From NCBI RefSeq assembly GCF_000163895.2, contig NC_016630.1, positions 1,597,628-1,629,627 on the forward strand: a DNA stretch of 32,000 nt, given 5' to 3'. Shown one piece after another: positions 17,083 to 26,844 of this stretch. This DNA comes from Filifactor alocis ATCC 35896 (GTDB lineage Bacteria; Bacillota; Clostridia; Peptostreptococcales; Filifactoraceae). The stretch's first letter is position 1. Each line of letters starts with the position of its first letter. Made by a program: the position numbers and the translations under genes. Below the pieces are notes generated by a model. It had not been told where the DNA came from. It made no database searches and worked only from the letters and a program-made list of their open reading frames with translations.

Positions 17083-17327
17083 CTTCTGTTACCCATTTTA
17101 CCACAATCATTCCCCGCAATACCACGATTTACACAATTATTTCTTCCTAAGACAGAAAATATTTTTTTCGCACTGTCTTTTTTGAAAGTTTGTCCCGTTT
17201 TTGATTCTGTATCTTGTCATTTCATAGTGAATTCTGTAAAAAACACAATTCTTTTGTAGACAATTACAAAATATGGTCGTAAAATGAAGAAATGATTGAA
17301 ACTAATTCGTGATCAACAAGCCATAAA

Positions 17328-17367
17328 CTTGTACTGTATCGCCATATCTTGTACTGTATCGCCATAT
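17328..17367. repeat. Perfect tandem duplication of a 20-bp unit in the LCP gene promoter region
   Basis: CTTGTACTGTATCGCCATAT occurs at 17328-17347 and again at 17348-17367. A partial copy (GCCATAAA) lies just upstream. The array ends 38 nt before the LCP start codon. Confidence 0.95.
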
Positions 17368-17405
17368 AAAATATATCATCATATTAAAAGAAGGAGCTTA
17401 AAGCA

Positions 17406-18710
17406 ATGAAACATTTTTTTAAAGTATTTTTTATCACCTTGATTTCTCTGGGAATCATCGGTGGTGTGGGAACAAAACTATACTTGGGATATGACCAAAA
17501 AAATCCGGGTGCGGATGTTCCTTCTCTGTCCGAAAAACAGGGAGCAACGGACCGTGTCAATGTTTTACTGCTTGGAGTAGATGCTCCGGAAAGCGATAGA
17601 AAGGGAGATATTCCTCGTTCCGATACGATGATGCTGTTGAGCTTGGATCCAAAAACCGATACTGCTTTTATCCTATCCATTCCAAGAGATACCAGAGTGG
17701 TATTGCCCGGAAGATCTAATGCGACCAAAATCAATCACGCTCACCGATTCGGCGGTCCCGACCTTTCCATTCAAGCTGTAAAAGAACTTCTTGATATTCC
17801 GATTCACCACTATGTTGTAGTGGACTATAAGGCTCTGTTTGAAATTGTTAATGATGTCGGAGGTATTGATATCAACATTGAACATAAAGGCGGAATGCAC
17901 TACGATGACAACGCCATCAAACCGGCACTTCATATCCATTTCGACCAAGGTATGAATCATCTGGACGGACAAAAGGCAATGGAATTTTTGAGATATCGTA
18001 AAGGATATGCATCAGGAGATTTAGGTCGAATCGAAGCACAACAAAAATTTATTTCCGCTCTGTTGGATAAATTGTTATCTCCTTCTTCCATTGCAAAACT
18101 TCCAAAAATTACGGAACATGCTTTCCAATACATTGATACGGATATGAGCAAAGCTGAAATCTTGCAGCTTGCTGTCAGTGCAATGAAGTTGGATTCCAAA
18201 AATATTATCAAAGATGTACTTCCGGGAAACGGAATGTATATTTCAGGCATTTCTTACTTTATTGTAGATCAACCGATTTATAAGGATCAAATTGCCTATA
18301 TGATGGCAGGAAATTACGGTGATTGGGTCAACAATAAATTCCACGAAAGAAGTACTCTTGATATTGCAGATATTCGAAAATCGGAAAATCAGAAAAAAGG
18401 AAAAAAATCCAAGCCTGTAGAGGTAAAGGAAATTCCTCAAAATGCCAATATCTATGATGAAGAAAATCAATTGGAACAGGCGGAAAAAGAAGAAGATATC
18501 TACTCGAAACCGGATAAAGACAACGACCAACCGAATGATTCGACAACATCACCGAAACCAATAGACCCGATTCAGATTGAACCGACTCCATCAGAACCGG
18601 AAAAACCAAATCCTGCCGGAGCGGAAAAACCAAAACCGACACCTGAGCCAACACCGGAACAAACAGCTCCATCCGACTCTTCCGATACAGGTTCTGACTT
18701 GTTTTCTTAA
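17406..18710 (+). CDS. LCP (LytR-CpsA-Psr) family cell-wall glycopolymer ligase with a Pro/Glu/Lys-rich C-terminal tail
   Basis: N-terminal membrane helix, then RVNVLLLGVDA...RSDTMMLLSLDP...ILSIPRDTRV, typical of LCP domains. The last 100 or so residues are low complexity (PKPIDPIQIEPTPSEPEKPNPAGAEKPKPTPEPTPEQ). AAGGAG RBS. Confidence 0.9.
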   Translation: MKHFFKVFFITLISLGIIGGVGTKLYLGYDQKNPGADVPSLSEKQGATDRVNVLLLGVDAPESDRKGDIPRSDTMMLLSLDPKTDTAFILSIPRDTRVVLPGRSNATKINHAHRFGGPDLSIQAVKELLDIPIHHYVVVDYKALFEIVNDVGGIDINIEHKGGMHYDDNAIKPALHIHFDQGMNHLDGQKAMEFLRYRKGYASGDLGRIEAQQKFISALLDKLLSPSSIAKLPKITEHAFQYIDTDMSKAEILQLAVSAMKLDSKNIIKDVLPGNGMYISGISYFIVDQPIYKDQIAYMMAGNYGDWVNNKFHERSTLDIADIRKSENQKKGKKSKPVEVKEIPQNANIYDEENQLEQAEKEEDIYSKPDKDNDQPNDSTTSPKPIDPIQIEPTPSEPEKPNPAGAEKPKPTPEPTPEQTAPSDSSDTGSDLFS

Positions 18711-18772
18711 AAATCAATATTGCATACAATCTCATTCTTAAAGAACGACTCTGACAAAATGGATGATAAATC

Positions 18773-18816
18773 AACGGACGCACTCTTTTCCGAAAGTATG
18801 TGTCCGTTATTTTTTG
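18773..18816 (+). terminator. Rho-independent terminator after the LCP gene
   Basis: A 10-bp stem AACGGACGCA/TGTGTCCGTT (one G-U pair) is followed by ATTTTTTG. Confidence 0.8.
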
Positions 18817-19137
18817 TCCTATAACCCCCTATTTTTTGTAAAATAATTTCTACAATCTTCCGACAAAACAGGATGCATTGTAAAAAATTATTACAAATAG
18901 AAGTCTTTTTTTAAACTGAATAGAAACATATTCTCAGATATATTATAATGAGAAGGTATCTTGTAGAAAAATATACTTTCTCAACAAAAATAAAAATCTG
19001 TTATTTTTAAAATATTTTTGATATAATGAAAGGCAAGCTTTTACTGAAACGAAAACAGATATTTGTCCAAACGGATTTATATCTATCTTCCATTAGAAAT
19101 TAATAATTTATTTATATAAGAAACGAGGTAATTACAA

Positions 19138-21882
19138 ATGGGTATATTGGATTCCTTTTTCTCTAACCGAGAAATCAAACGCCTGGAAAAAAAGGTAGCA
19201 ATTGTCAATTCTTTTGAACCGAAAATCAAGGCGTTGTCAGATGCCGAATTAGTTGCAAAAACAAGTGAATTTAAAAAAAGATTGCAAAACGGAGAAACGG
19301 TGGATGATATTTTGCCGGAAGCATTCTCTGTATGTCGTGAAGCTTCTTCCAGAGTGTTGGGCATGAGACACTACGATGTTCAAATGATGGGTGGAATTGT
19401 ATTGAATGAAGGTCGTATCGCAGAAATGAAAACAGGAGAAGGAAAAACATTGGTAGCAACTGCTCCTGTCTATCTGAATGCACTGACAGGAAAGGGAGTC
19501 CACGTTATCACTGTCAATGACTACCTTGCAAAACGGGATATGGAATGGATGTCCAAACTATACAACTTCCTTGACTTATCCACGGGGGTTATTGTTCATG
19601 GGTTGAACAATACACAAAGACGTGCTGCATACAATGCGGATATCACTTATGGTACAAACAATGAATTCGGGTTTGATTACCTGAGAGATAACATGGTAAT
19701 CTACAAACACGAAATGGTACAACGACCTCTGAATTATGCTATTGTCGATGAAGTCGACTCCATTTTGGTCGATGAGGCAAGAACTCCGTTGATTATTTCA
19801 GGTCAAGGAGACAAATCGACCTCTCTTTACACACAAGCGGATACCTTTATCAAAACGCTTCATGAAGAAGAAGATTACATTGTAAATGAAAAAGAAAACG
19901 CCTCTACCCTAACAGAAATCGGTTTGCAAAAAGCAGAACGATTCTTCGGTGTAGAAAGTATGACAGATATTGCCAACATGGAAATTTATCATAATATCGG
20001 TCAGGCTCTTCGTGCCAATACCTTGATGCGTTTAGATGTAGACTATGTAGTAAGAGACGGCGAAATCGTTATCGTAGACGAATTCACGGGACGTTTGATG
20101 TTCGGTCGTCGTTATTCTGCCGGATTACATCAAGCTATCGAAGCAAAAGAGGGCTTGAAGATTCAAAGAGAATCCAAAACACTTGCTACTATCACATTCC
20201 AAAACTATTTCAGAATGTACCAAAAATTATCCGGAATGACAGGTACGGCAAAAACGGAAGAAGAAGAATTCCGTTCTATCTACAATATGGATGTTGTACA
20301 AATTCCGACCAACCGTCCTATCGTTCGTCAAGATTTGAATGATGTTGTTTATAAAACGGAAGAGGCGAAATTCAATGCCGTTGTAGAAGAAGTAGCCAGA
20401 AAACATGAAACGGGACAACCTCTTTTAGTCGGTACCATTTCTATTGAAAACTCCGAAAAACTTTCTGAAAAACTAAAGAGAAGAGGCATCAAACACGAAG
20501 TGTTGAATGCCAAAAATCACGAAAAAGAGGCTGAAATCGTTGCACAAGCAGGTCGTTTTAATTCCGTAACCATCGCAACCAACATGGCAGGCCGCGGTAC
20601 TGACATTATCTTGGGCGGTAACCCTGACTTTATGGCAAATAAAGAAATGCGTAAACTGGGGTACGAAGACCATGTTATCTCATTCGCAACAGGTTTTGCT
20701 CCATCAGAAGATGAAGAACTGTTAGCTGCAAGAGAAACTTATCAAAGAATTTTGAAAGAGAAAAAAGAAGAGCTCAGAGAGGAACAGGAAAAAGTAGCTG
20801 AGGTCGGCGGACTCGGAATCATCGGTACAGAACGCCACGAATCCAGACGAATCGACAATCAGTTGCGTGGTCGTTCCGGTCGTCAAGGCGATCCCGGAGA
20901 TACCAAGTTTTTCATTTCTCTGGAAGACGACTTGATGCGTAAGTTCGGCGGCGAAAAAATGAGCGAATTGATGGATCGATTCGGTATTATGGATGATGAT
21001 GAACCGATTGAGGCAAAAGTGCTTACCAAAAGAATTGAAGGGGCACAAAAGAAAGTCGAAGGAATCAACTTCGGAATTCGTAAAAGTGTCCTTGAATATG
21101 ATGATGTTATGAATGTACAAAGAGAAATCATCTACAAAGAACGTCGCCGTGTACTGGAAGGCGAAAATATCACGGATGAAATTCAAAATATGATTCGTGC
21201 TACGGTAGATTCTATTATTATGCAATATATGCCTGCCAATGAATATGAAGAAGAATGGGATTTGCACGGTCTGTTTGCAAAACTTTCCGTTGTGTGCGGA
21301 ATTCATCTGAATCCGGACGCATACTCTAAGGAAAATCTGGACAAAGATGCCTTTATCGATCAAATTACAACACTTGCACTTAAAAGATACCATGAACAGG
21401 AAAGTCAAATTCCGGAAGAGCAATTCCGTGAATTGGAGCGTGTCATCCTATTACAGGCAGTAGATAGCAGATGGATGGACCATATCGATGCCATGGATCA
21501 GCTTCGACAAGGAATCGGTCTTCGTGCACTCGGACAGGAAAACCCTGTCAGAGCATATCAAATGGAAGGTTTTGATATGTTCGATGCAATGAATTCCCTG
21601 ATTCAAGAGGATACTGTTCGCTATGTTCTGAATGTAACCTTGACTAAAAAAGAAGAACAAGAAGAACAGGTACAACCGGCAGAAGAACCTACTGTGATAA
21701 AAGTGAGACCGCAAGATGTCATTCCTCAAAGAAAACAAGTCGTTGATGTTACATCTGCGAAAGAACAAACAGCCGATTCTTCCCAACAAACCGTCAAACA
21801 AACTCAAAAGGTAGGGCGTAATGACGAATGTCCTTGCGGAAGCGGAAAAAAATATAAAAAATGCTGTGGAAAGGATGTGTAA
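19138..21882 (+). CDS. secA: Preprotein translocase ATPase SecA
   Basis: MKTGEGKTL Walker [30 protein letters not shown] and a C-terminal zinc-binding tail [22 protein letters not shown]. Confidence 0.98.
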   Translation: MGILDSFFSNREIKRLEKKVAIVNSFEPKIKALSDAELVAKTSEFKKRLQNGETVDDILPEAFSVCREASSRVLGMRHYDVQMMGGIVLNEGRIAEMKTGEGKTLVATAPVYLNALTGKGVHVITVNDYLAKRDMEWMSKLYNFLDLSTGVIVHGLNNTQRRAAYNADITYGTNNEFGFDYLRDNMVIYKHEMVQRPLNYAIVDEVDSILVDEARTPLIISGQGDKSTSLYTQADTFIKTLHEEEDYIVNEKENASTLTEIGLQKAERFFGVESMTDIANMEIYHNIGQALRANTLMRLDVDYVVRDGEIVIVDEFTGRLMFGRRYSAGLHQAIEAKEGLKIQRESKTLATITFQNYFRMYQKLSGMTGTAKTEEEEFRSIYNMDVVQIPTNRPIVRQDLNDVVYKTEEAKFNAVVEEVARKHETGQPLLVGTISIENSEKLSEKLKRRGIKHEVLNAKNHEKEAEIVAQAGRFNSVTIATNMAGRGTDIILGGNPDFMANKEMRKLGYEDHVISFATGFAPSEDEELLAARETYQRILKEKKEELREEQEKVAEVGGLGIIGTERHESRRIDNQLRGRSGRQGDPGDTKFFISLEDDLMRKFGGEKMSELMDRFGIMDDDEPIEAKVLTKRIEGAQKKVEGINFGIRKSVLEYDDVMNVQREIIYKERRRVLEGENITDEIQNMIRATVDSIIMQYMPANEYEEEWDLHGLFAKLSVVCGIHLNPDAYSKENLDKDAFIDQITTLALKRYHEQESQIPEEQFRELERVILLQAVDSRWMDHIDAMDQLRQGIGLRALGQENPVRAYQMEGFDMFDAMNSLIQEDTVRYVLNVTLTKKEEQEEQVQPAEEPTVIKVRPQDVIPQRKQVVDVTSAKEQTADSSQQTVKQTQKVGRNDECPCGSGKKYKKCCGKDV

Positions 21883-21885
21883 GAT

Positions 21886-22990
21886 TTGTTAAACGAACAA
21901 ATTTATCGTGAAAAACTTTCCAAAATAAGCAACTCTCTGGACGAAGTGAGGGTTTCTCTTTGACATCGATTCCTTGAAACAAGAGAAACAACAAAATGAT
22001 TTGAAAATGGAAGATGCTGATTTTTGGAACAACTTAGAACTATCGCAACATATTGTGAAACGAAACAAAGAATTGGAACGAACCCTTGATATCTATTCCT
22101 CTGCGTTTTCCGAATTGGAAGAAGTGGAAATTCTGTTTGAGTTGACGAAAGAGGATTCCGAGTTGGAGAAAGAACTGGAACAGTGCATCAACGAGTTGTC
22201 GGAAAAAATGGAGCAACTTAAAATCCAAACCTTGTTGGATGGAGAATATGACGGCAACAACGCTATTTTATCCATTCATGCGGGTTCCGGTGGATTAGAT
22301 GCACAAGATTGGGCTCAGATGTTGCTCCGTATGTATTTGCGTTTTTGTCATGACATGGGGTATCGTGTCATTGAGTTGGACAGCTTGTCCGATTCGGAGG
22401 CGGGAATCAAAAGTGTGACCCTTCAAATAGAAGGCCCCAATGCCTACGGTTTCTTAAAGAGTGAAAAGGGAGTGCATCGAATTGTTCGTATCTCTCCGTT
22501 TGACTCTTCAGGAAAACGACATACTTCCTTCACTTCTGTCGATGTCATTCCGGAAATGGATGATACTGTAGAAGTTGACATTGATACCAATGATTTGAAA
22601 ATTGACACATATCGTGCATCGGGAGCAGGTGGACAGCATGTCAACAAGACCGACTCTGCCGTTCGTATTACTCATATTCCGACCGGAATTGTCATAACAT
22701 GCCAAAATGAACGCTCACAGCACAGCAATCGTGAAACTGCAATGAAAATGTTGTTCTCAAAGCTGATGGATATCAAAATCAGAGAACATAAAGAAAAAAT
22801 TGAAGACATTTCGGGAGAGTATTCTCAAATTGCATGGGGCAGCCAAATTCGTTCCTATGTCTTTCAACCATACACCTTGGTAAAAGATCATCGCACCAAT
22901 CACGAAATCGGTTCTGTACAATCTGTTATGGATGGGAACATTATGCCGTTTATCAATGCATATCTGAAACAACAAAAACAAGACTCCTAA
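21886..22990 (+). CDS. prfB: Peptide chain release factor 2, expressed through a programmed +1 frameshift
   Basis: Frame 0 (TTG 21886 to CTT 21958-21960) encodes MLNEQIYREKLSKISNSLDEVRVSL and meets TGA at 21961-21963. The +1 frame from GAC 21962 continues DIDSLKQEKQQ... into the track ORF, which carries the SPF motif (RISPFDS) and GGQ motif (SGAGGQHVNKTDSAVR). Confidence 0.93.
21948..21964 (+). promoter_or_regulatory. RF2 autoregulatory +1 frameshift site
   Basis: GAGGG (internal SD-like element), 5 nt, then the CTT TGA C slippery/stop context. This is the canonical prfB recoding signal. Confidence 0.9.
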
Positions 22991-23055
22991 AGAAGCGTTC
23001 TGTTAGAGATTGTAAAAAATACTAACCGAACTCTTTCCGTAATCAATAAGAAAAG

Positions 23056-23095
23056 GCCTATCGTGTGAACAGCTTACACAATAGGCTTTTATTTT
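23056..23095. terminator. Bidirectional Rho-independent terminator after prfB
   Basis: An 11-bp stem GCCTATCGTGT/ACACAATAGGC (one mismatch) has TTTTATTTT on the plus side and, on the minus strand, TTTTCTT after the stem. Confidence 0.8.
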
Positions 23096-23113
23096 GTCTC
23101 AGTATCTCTATTA

Positions 23114-23512
23114 TCAGTCAAAGCAATCTATATCTCCTATATCCCTCTCCATAACAGTCCCTATCTCCTCAGTACTGTTCTCCATAACAGTTCCTATTCT
23201 GTATCACTCTTGTATCTGTCTGTTTTCTTGATGTTCCATGAGATATCGATTCATCCGGAGTATGACAACGTTATCATACGAAAATTTGATAAAATGATGA
23301 AACCCATTCAATCTCTACAAGTGATTCTTATGATTTGTTTCATTCATCCATTTATGGACACTTTCACAGAGTCTGTTCATCATTTTTCTAACTATCTGAA
23401 CTCTATTATTTTCTTCCAAAGAATGGAATGATTCTATGGAATTTGAGTATTAATAAAAAGTTTTAGTATAAATGAAGCACTTTCTGTACAACATGACAAT
23501 ATGTCCTTCCAT
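23114..23512 (-). pseudogene. Possible decayed gene: one 133-codon frame interrupted by TAA, TAG and TGA
   Basis: My minus-strand translation in a single frame reads MEGHIVMLYRKCFIYTKTFY*YSNSIESFHSLEENNRVQIVRKMMNRLCESVHKWMNETNHKNHL*RLNGFHHFIKFSYDNVVILRMNRYLMEHQENRQIQE*YRIGTVMENSTEEIGTVMERDIGDIDCFD*. The open segments of 20-44 codons are long for DNA this AT-rich. GAAAGGA lies before the ATG. The frame ends next to the bidirectional terminator. I recognise no family. Confidence 0.3.
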
Positions 23513-23632
23513 TTTTCCTTTCGTTAAGAATAAGCGAACTATCAATCAACAGAAACTTTTATTTTTCTTCATTACTCCAAACACAAGATGTTAAGAGATA
23601 AATTAAGATATGACAAAAAAGCATTCATCTAT

Positions 23633-23661
23633 TTTACAAAAAAAACTTTTTTTGGTATGAT
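23633..23661 (+). promoter_or_regulatory. Strong SigA-type promoter of the UPF0597/desulfidase-like gene
   Basis: TTTACA (23633-23638), 17-nt spacer, TGgTATGAT extended -10 (TATGAT at 23656-23661). Confidence 0.6.
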
Positions 23662-23802
23662 GTTATTGTATGATATTGCAAGAACCTAATAGACGATATG
23701 TCATATCATACGATGATAAAAAGTTATGGTACAAGTATCAGAGATTGGATTGGCTAATATGCTTTTCATAAATATTAGTATCAGAAAAAATAAGGAGATA
23801 TC

Positions 23803-25038
23803 ATGAATTACAAGGAACTTTTGAAATCTGAACTGCTTCCTGCATTCGGTTGCACCGAACCCATTGCACTTGCATTTGTTGCATCCAAAGTTCGTGAAGT
23901 GTTGGGAGAAATTCCGGAACATATCGAAATTTCTTGCAGTGGAAATATGATAAAAAACGCAAAAAGTGTTATTGTTCCGGGTGCAGGCGGTAAAAAAGGA
24001 ATTGAAATCAGTTGCGCACTCGGTGTTTTAGCCGGAAATCCCAAAAAAGAATTGGAAGTTTTGACCGACACCACACCGAAAGATATTGAACGCGCTACCG
24101 AAATGATTCAAAACGGTTACTGTACCATCAAATTGGTACCCGATGTGGAAAATTTATATATTGCTATCAAGGGAACAAAAGATGATTCCTATGCTACCGT
24201 TATTGTAGAAGGAAAGCATACAAATATCATTCATATTGAAAAGAATCATAACATTATATTACATAAGGAGAAATCTTTTCAGGAACTTACCTATTCCAAT
24301 TTCTCGTTTGATGAAATTTATGATTTTGCACAAGAATGCGACTATGAAGATATCAAGCCTATCTTGGACTTACAAATTTCATATAATAAAGCAATTGCCG
24401 AAGAAGGTATCAAACATAGCTATGGAGCAAATATCGGAAAACTCATCTTGGAAGTTTCCGATAACATTGAAGAAAAAGCAAGAGCCTATGCTGCGGCAGG
24501 GTCTGATGCACGGATGAGTGGATGTGAAATGCCTGTTATCATCAATTCGGGAAGCGGAAATCAGGGAATCACCATCTCTGTTCCCATCATCATCTATGCG
24601 GAACATTTCAAGATAGAAGCGGATAAACTATATCGTGCGTTGATATTTGCCAATTTGATTGGATTGTACCAAAAAAAGGGAATCGGTCGCCTTTCAGCCT
24701 ACTGCGGAGTTGTATGTGCCGCATCGGCAGGCGTTGCAGGTGTTGCGTTCCTTAACAACGAACCTACAAACATCATCAAAGAAACTCTTGTCAATTCTCT
24801 TGCCGGAAATTCCGGTATCTTATGCGACGGAGCAAAACCTTCCTGCGCAATGAAAATAGCATCCTCTATTAACAATGCATTTTTGGGATATCGACAAGCG
24901 CGCACAGATAACAGTTTTGTATCGGGAGACGGAATTGTCAAAGAAACCGTCGATGAAACCATCAAAACAGTCGGTCATATTGCAAAATACGGAATGAGAG
25001 AAACTGATGTCACCATTCTAAATGAAATGATTCACTAA
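23803..25038 (+). CDS. UPF0597 / YhaM(CyuA)-like L-cysteine desulfidase family protein (serine dehydratase alpha-like fold)
   Basis: The N-terminal LLPAFGCTEPIALAFVASK motif, later GSGNQGITISVP and CDGAKPSCAMK segments, and the 411-aa length are characteristic of this family. AAGGAG RBS. Confidence 0.8.
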   Translation: MNYKELLKSELLPAFGCTEPIALAFVASKVREVLGEIPEHIEISCSGNMIKNAKSVIVPGAGGKKGIEISCALGVLAGNPKKELEVLTDTTPKDIERATEMIQNGYCTIKLVPDVENLYIAIKGTKDDSYATVIVEGKHTNIIHIEKNHNIILHKEKSFQELTYSNFSFDEIYDFAQECDYEDIKPILDLQISYNKAIAEEGIKHSYGANIGKLILEVSDNIEEKARAYAAAGSDARMSGCEMPVIINSGSGNQGITISVPIIIYAEHFKIEADKLYRALIFANLIGLYQKKGIGRLSAYCGVVCAASAGVAGVAFLNNEPTNIIKETLVNSLAGNSGILCDGAKPSCAMKIASSINNAFLGYRQARTDNSFVSGDGIVKETVDETIKTVGHIAKYGMRETDVTILNEMIH

Positions 25039-25145
25039 ACGGATATGAATTCATGTAGTGGTAGTATCCTATATCTTCCTATCTTGATAACGATGTCTAC
25101 ACACTCTCCGGTTCCATCTACAACAAATATGTTTCTCTGACATAC

Positions 25146-25177
25146 AAAAAACCCGCATTTTTAACGCGGGTTTTTTT
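25146..25177. terminator. Bidirectional terminator between two convergent genes
   Basis: AAAAAACCCGC-loop-GCGGGTTTTTTT, with an A-run on one side and a T-run on the other. It lies between the stops at 25038 (+) and 25199 (-). Confidence 0.85.
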
Positions 25178-25198
25178 GATGTGGTACCATGATATGAG

Positions 25199-25672
25199 TT
25201 ACTCTTCATCCAATTCGTCATCCATTTGGTTCGCCTGAGCAATGAGCTCCTTAATCTCATCATCGGTCACATATTCAATCTTTTTGTATGCAATCCCATG
25301 ACCTTTGAGTTTCTCAATCAATATGTCGGTTGCAAGATCTATCTCTTCTCTTGTACTGGTCAATACAAACTTTTTATGGTAAGTACTCGCATCAAACAAA
25401 AATCTTCTCCCAAACATAGCATCTTTTTTCTTTATTTTCATAATACCTACGAAACTGCCGTATCTTCCCAATACATTTGAGAATGTAACTGTTTCAATAT
25501 CATTGATTCTGTATCTTACAGGTATTCCTGCCAAGACCACCATTTCATTGCCCTCAATTTCAAAAATATCGTACCTCTTTGAGCCTTGACCAAGCACTTT
25601 AACAAAAATAACCGTGGCAACGATTAGTAAAATAATTGATGGCACTATCATAAAACCAACTGTTTTAAACAT
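25199..25672 (-). CDS. Hypothetical membrane-anchored protein (157 aa) with acidic C-terminus
   Basis: A single N-terminal helix (VGFMIVPSIILLIVATVIFV), a soluble domain and a DDELDEE tail. The ATG at 25672 (M6 of the track ORF) has GGAGG 8 nt upstream. Confidence 0.65.
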   Translation of the reverse strand: MFKTVGFMIVPSIILLIVATVIFVKVLGQGSKRYDIFEIEGNEMVVLAGIPVRYRINDIETVTFSNVLGRYGSFVGIMKIKKKDAMFGRRFLFDASTYHKKFVLTSTREEIDLATDILIEKLKGHGIAYKKIEYVTDDEIKELIAQANQMDDELDEE

Positions 25673-25755
25673 ACTTTTTTCCTCCATATAAGTTCCGTTT
25701 CCGTTCAGAAAGAATTTTTTCTAATAGAAAAAAGTACTCTTCCCGCTCAAAAATA

Positions 25756-26622
25756 TCATTTCGTCGGTTTATTGTCACGATGGTAACTAAACCCTTCCCC
25801 AAGCACCTCATTCACAAAACTGATGGAAATAAATGCCAACGGATCAATCTCTTTGACAAACTGCTTTATCTTAAGGTATTCCTTTCTGGTAACGATTGTG
25901 TTGATAATCGTCTTCTCATCATTAGAAAACCCGCCTCGTGCATAATAAATTGTTGTTCCCCGAATCAATTCGTGAAGGATGTAATCGTTGATTTCCTGAT
26001 TCTTGACACTATTGATTGTCATATTGATTCGAACATTGAAACCGGCAAGCAATTTGTCAATAATCATAGAATTAAGTAAGATACCAAGCAATGCATACAA
26101 TCCTAATTTAGGTCCGAATATCACGCCTGCCAACACAGTGATTGAAAAATCGGATAGGAACAAAGCTTTTCCCATATCAATATGAGTAAATTTATTGATA
26201 ATTTTTGCGACAATATCGGTTCCTCCTGTAGAAGCATTCTGACTGAAAATAAAGGCATAGCCCAGACCATTGATTAAGATTCCATATAATAAATTGATTA
26301 ACAAATCATCCGTCAACGGCTCTACATGCGGAAAATAATATTCCAACAATGTGATCAGACCTGAAATTAAAAAACTGGAATACATCGTATATCCGCCAAA
26401 TTCTTTGCCGATAAAGATAAATGCCAAAATAAACAAAACGATATTGATTAAAATCATGAATCCCCCGGTCGGAAAATTCGGTATCAAAGAATTGATAATC
26501 AAAGCAAGCCCCGTTACTCCACCTGTTACCAAATGAGAAGGCACAAGGAAAAAATAAAATCCAATGGACATAAGCACTGAGCCGAGTGTCACTGACAAAA
26601 ATTTTTTAAAATTTCGTTCCAT
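25756..26622 (-). CDS. YitT-family membrane protein with C-terminal DUF2179 domain (paralogue 2)
   Basis: VTGGVTGLA and ASTGGTDIV YitT repeats plus a C-terminal ...FISISFVNEVLGEGF. The ATG at 26622 (M15 of the track ORF) lies 6 nt after GGAGGG. Confidence 0.85.
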   Translation of the reverse strand: MERNFKKFLSVTLGSVLMSIGFYFFLVPSHLVTGGVTGLALIINSLIPNFPTGGFMILINIVLFILAFIFIGKEFGGYTMYSSFLISGLITLLEYYFPHVEPLTDDLLINLLYGILINGLGYAFIFSQNASTGGTDIVAKIINKFTHIDMGKALFLSDFSITVLAGVIFGPKLGLYALLGILLNSMIIDKLLAGFNVRINMTINSVKNQEINDYILHELIRGTTIYYARGGFSNDEKTIINTIVTRKEYLKIKQFVKEIDPLAFISISFVNEVLGEGFSYHRDNKPTK

Positions 26623-26794
26623 ATCCATCCCTCCAAGCTGTACGATTACAAAAAATACTTTCAATACTATTCTATCACACTATCCTCGTGATAAGTGTAA
26701 CAAAATAATAACATATTCCTGTATCTCATCGGTTGCAATATATTCATTTACTTCCTATAGTTCTTCGACCATTTTAACTCTCCCATAATGTTGA

Positions 26795-26822
26795 ACAGAT
26801 AGCAGAATCATCTGCTATCTGT
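26795..26822 (-). terminator. Strong hairpin 23 nt after the glyQS stop; possible terminator or processing site, no U-tract on the minus strand
   Basis: A perfect 12-bp stem ACAGATAGCAGA/TCTGCTATCTGT with a 4-nt loop. On the minus strand it is followed by TCAACATT, which is not U-rich. Confidence 0.45.
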
Positions 26823-26844
26823 CTCTTTATCTGTAATTTCTTTC

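Noticed and set aside
17149-17183. Plus-strand terminator-like hairpin AAGACAG-N17-CTGTCTT followed by TTTT, in the divergent yitT/LCP promoter region.
   Set aside because: No plus-strand gene or promoter lies upstream of it, and the 17-nt loop is large. It is possibly an insulator against antisense transcription, but the sequence does not show a function.
17328-17367. Tandem 20-bp repeat considered as a mini CRISPR array or other repeat-spacer structure.
   Set aside because: There are only two directly abutting copies with no spacers, and no cas genes are in the window. It is a simple tandem duplication.
20722-21423. 233-aa minus-strand ORF inside secA. Similar long antisense ORFs lie at 27439-28167 (+, inside glyQS), 14801-15316 (+, inside hisS), 13309-13773 (+, inside sbcD) and 18328-18783 (-, inside the LCP gene).
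   Set aside because: All lie antisense to genes with unambiguous family motifs. They have no RBS, and their low-complexity F/I/L/N/K-rich translations are typical of the shadow frame of AT-rich coding DNA.
23210-23431. 73-aa plus-strand ORF (TTG start) in the prfB to desulfidase-like intergenic region.
   Set aside because: It has no RBS and an implausible composition. It lies antisense to the longer interrupted minus-strand frame, which looks more protein-like, so I treat it as a shadow ORF of the decayed gene.
26623-26844. glyQS and the downstream YitT gene as a single T-box-controlled operon.
   Set aside because: This is not established. The strong hairpin after glyQS lacks a U-tract, but a separate extended -10 element (TGATAGAAT) lies upstream of the YitT gene. 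I kept it only as a hypothesis within the YitT-synthetase finding.
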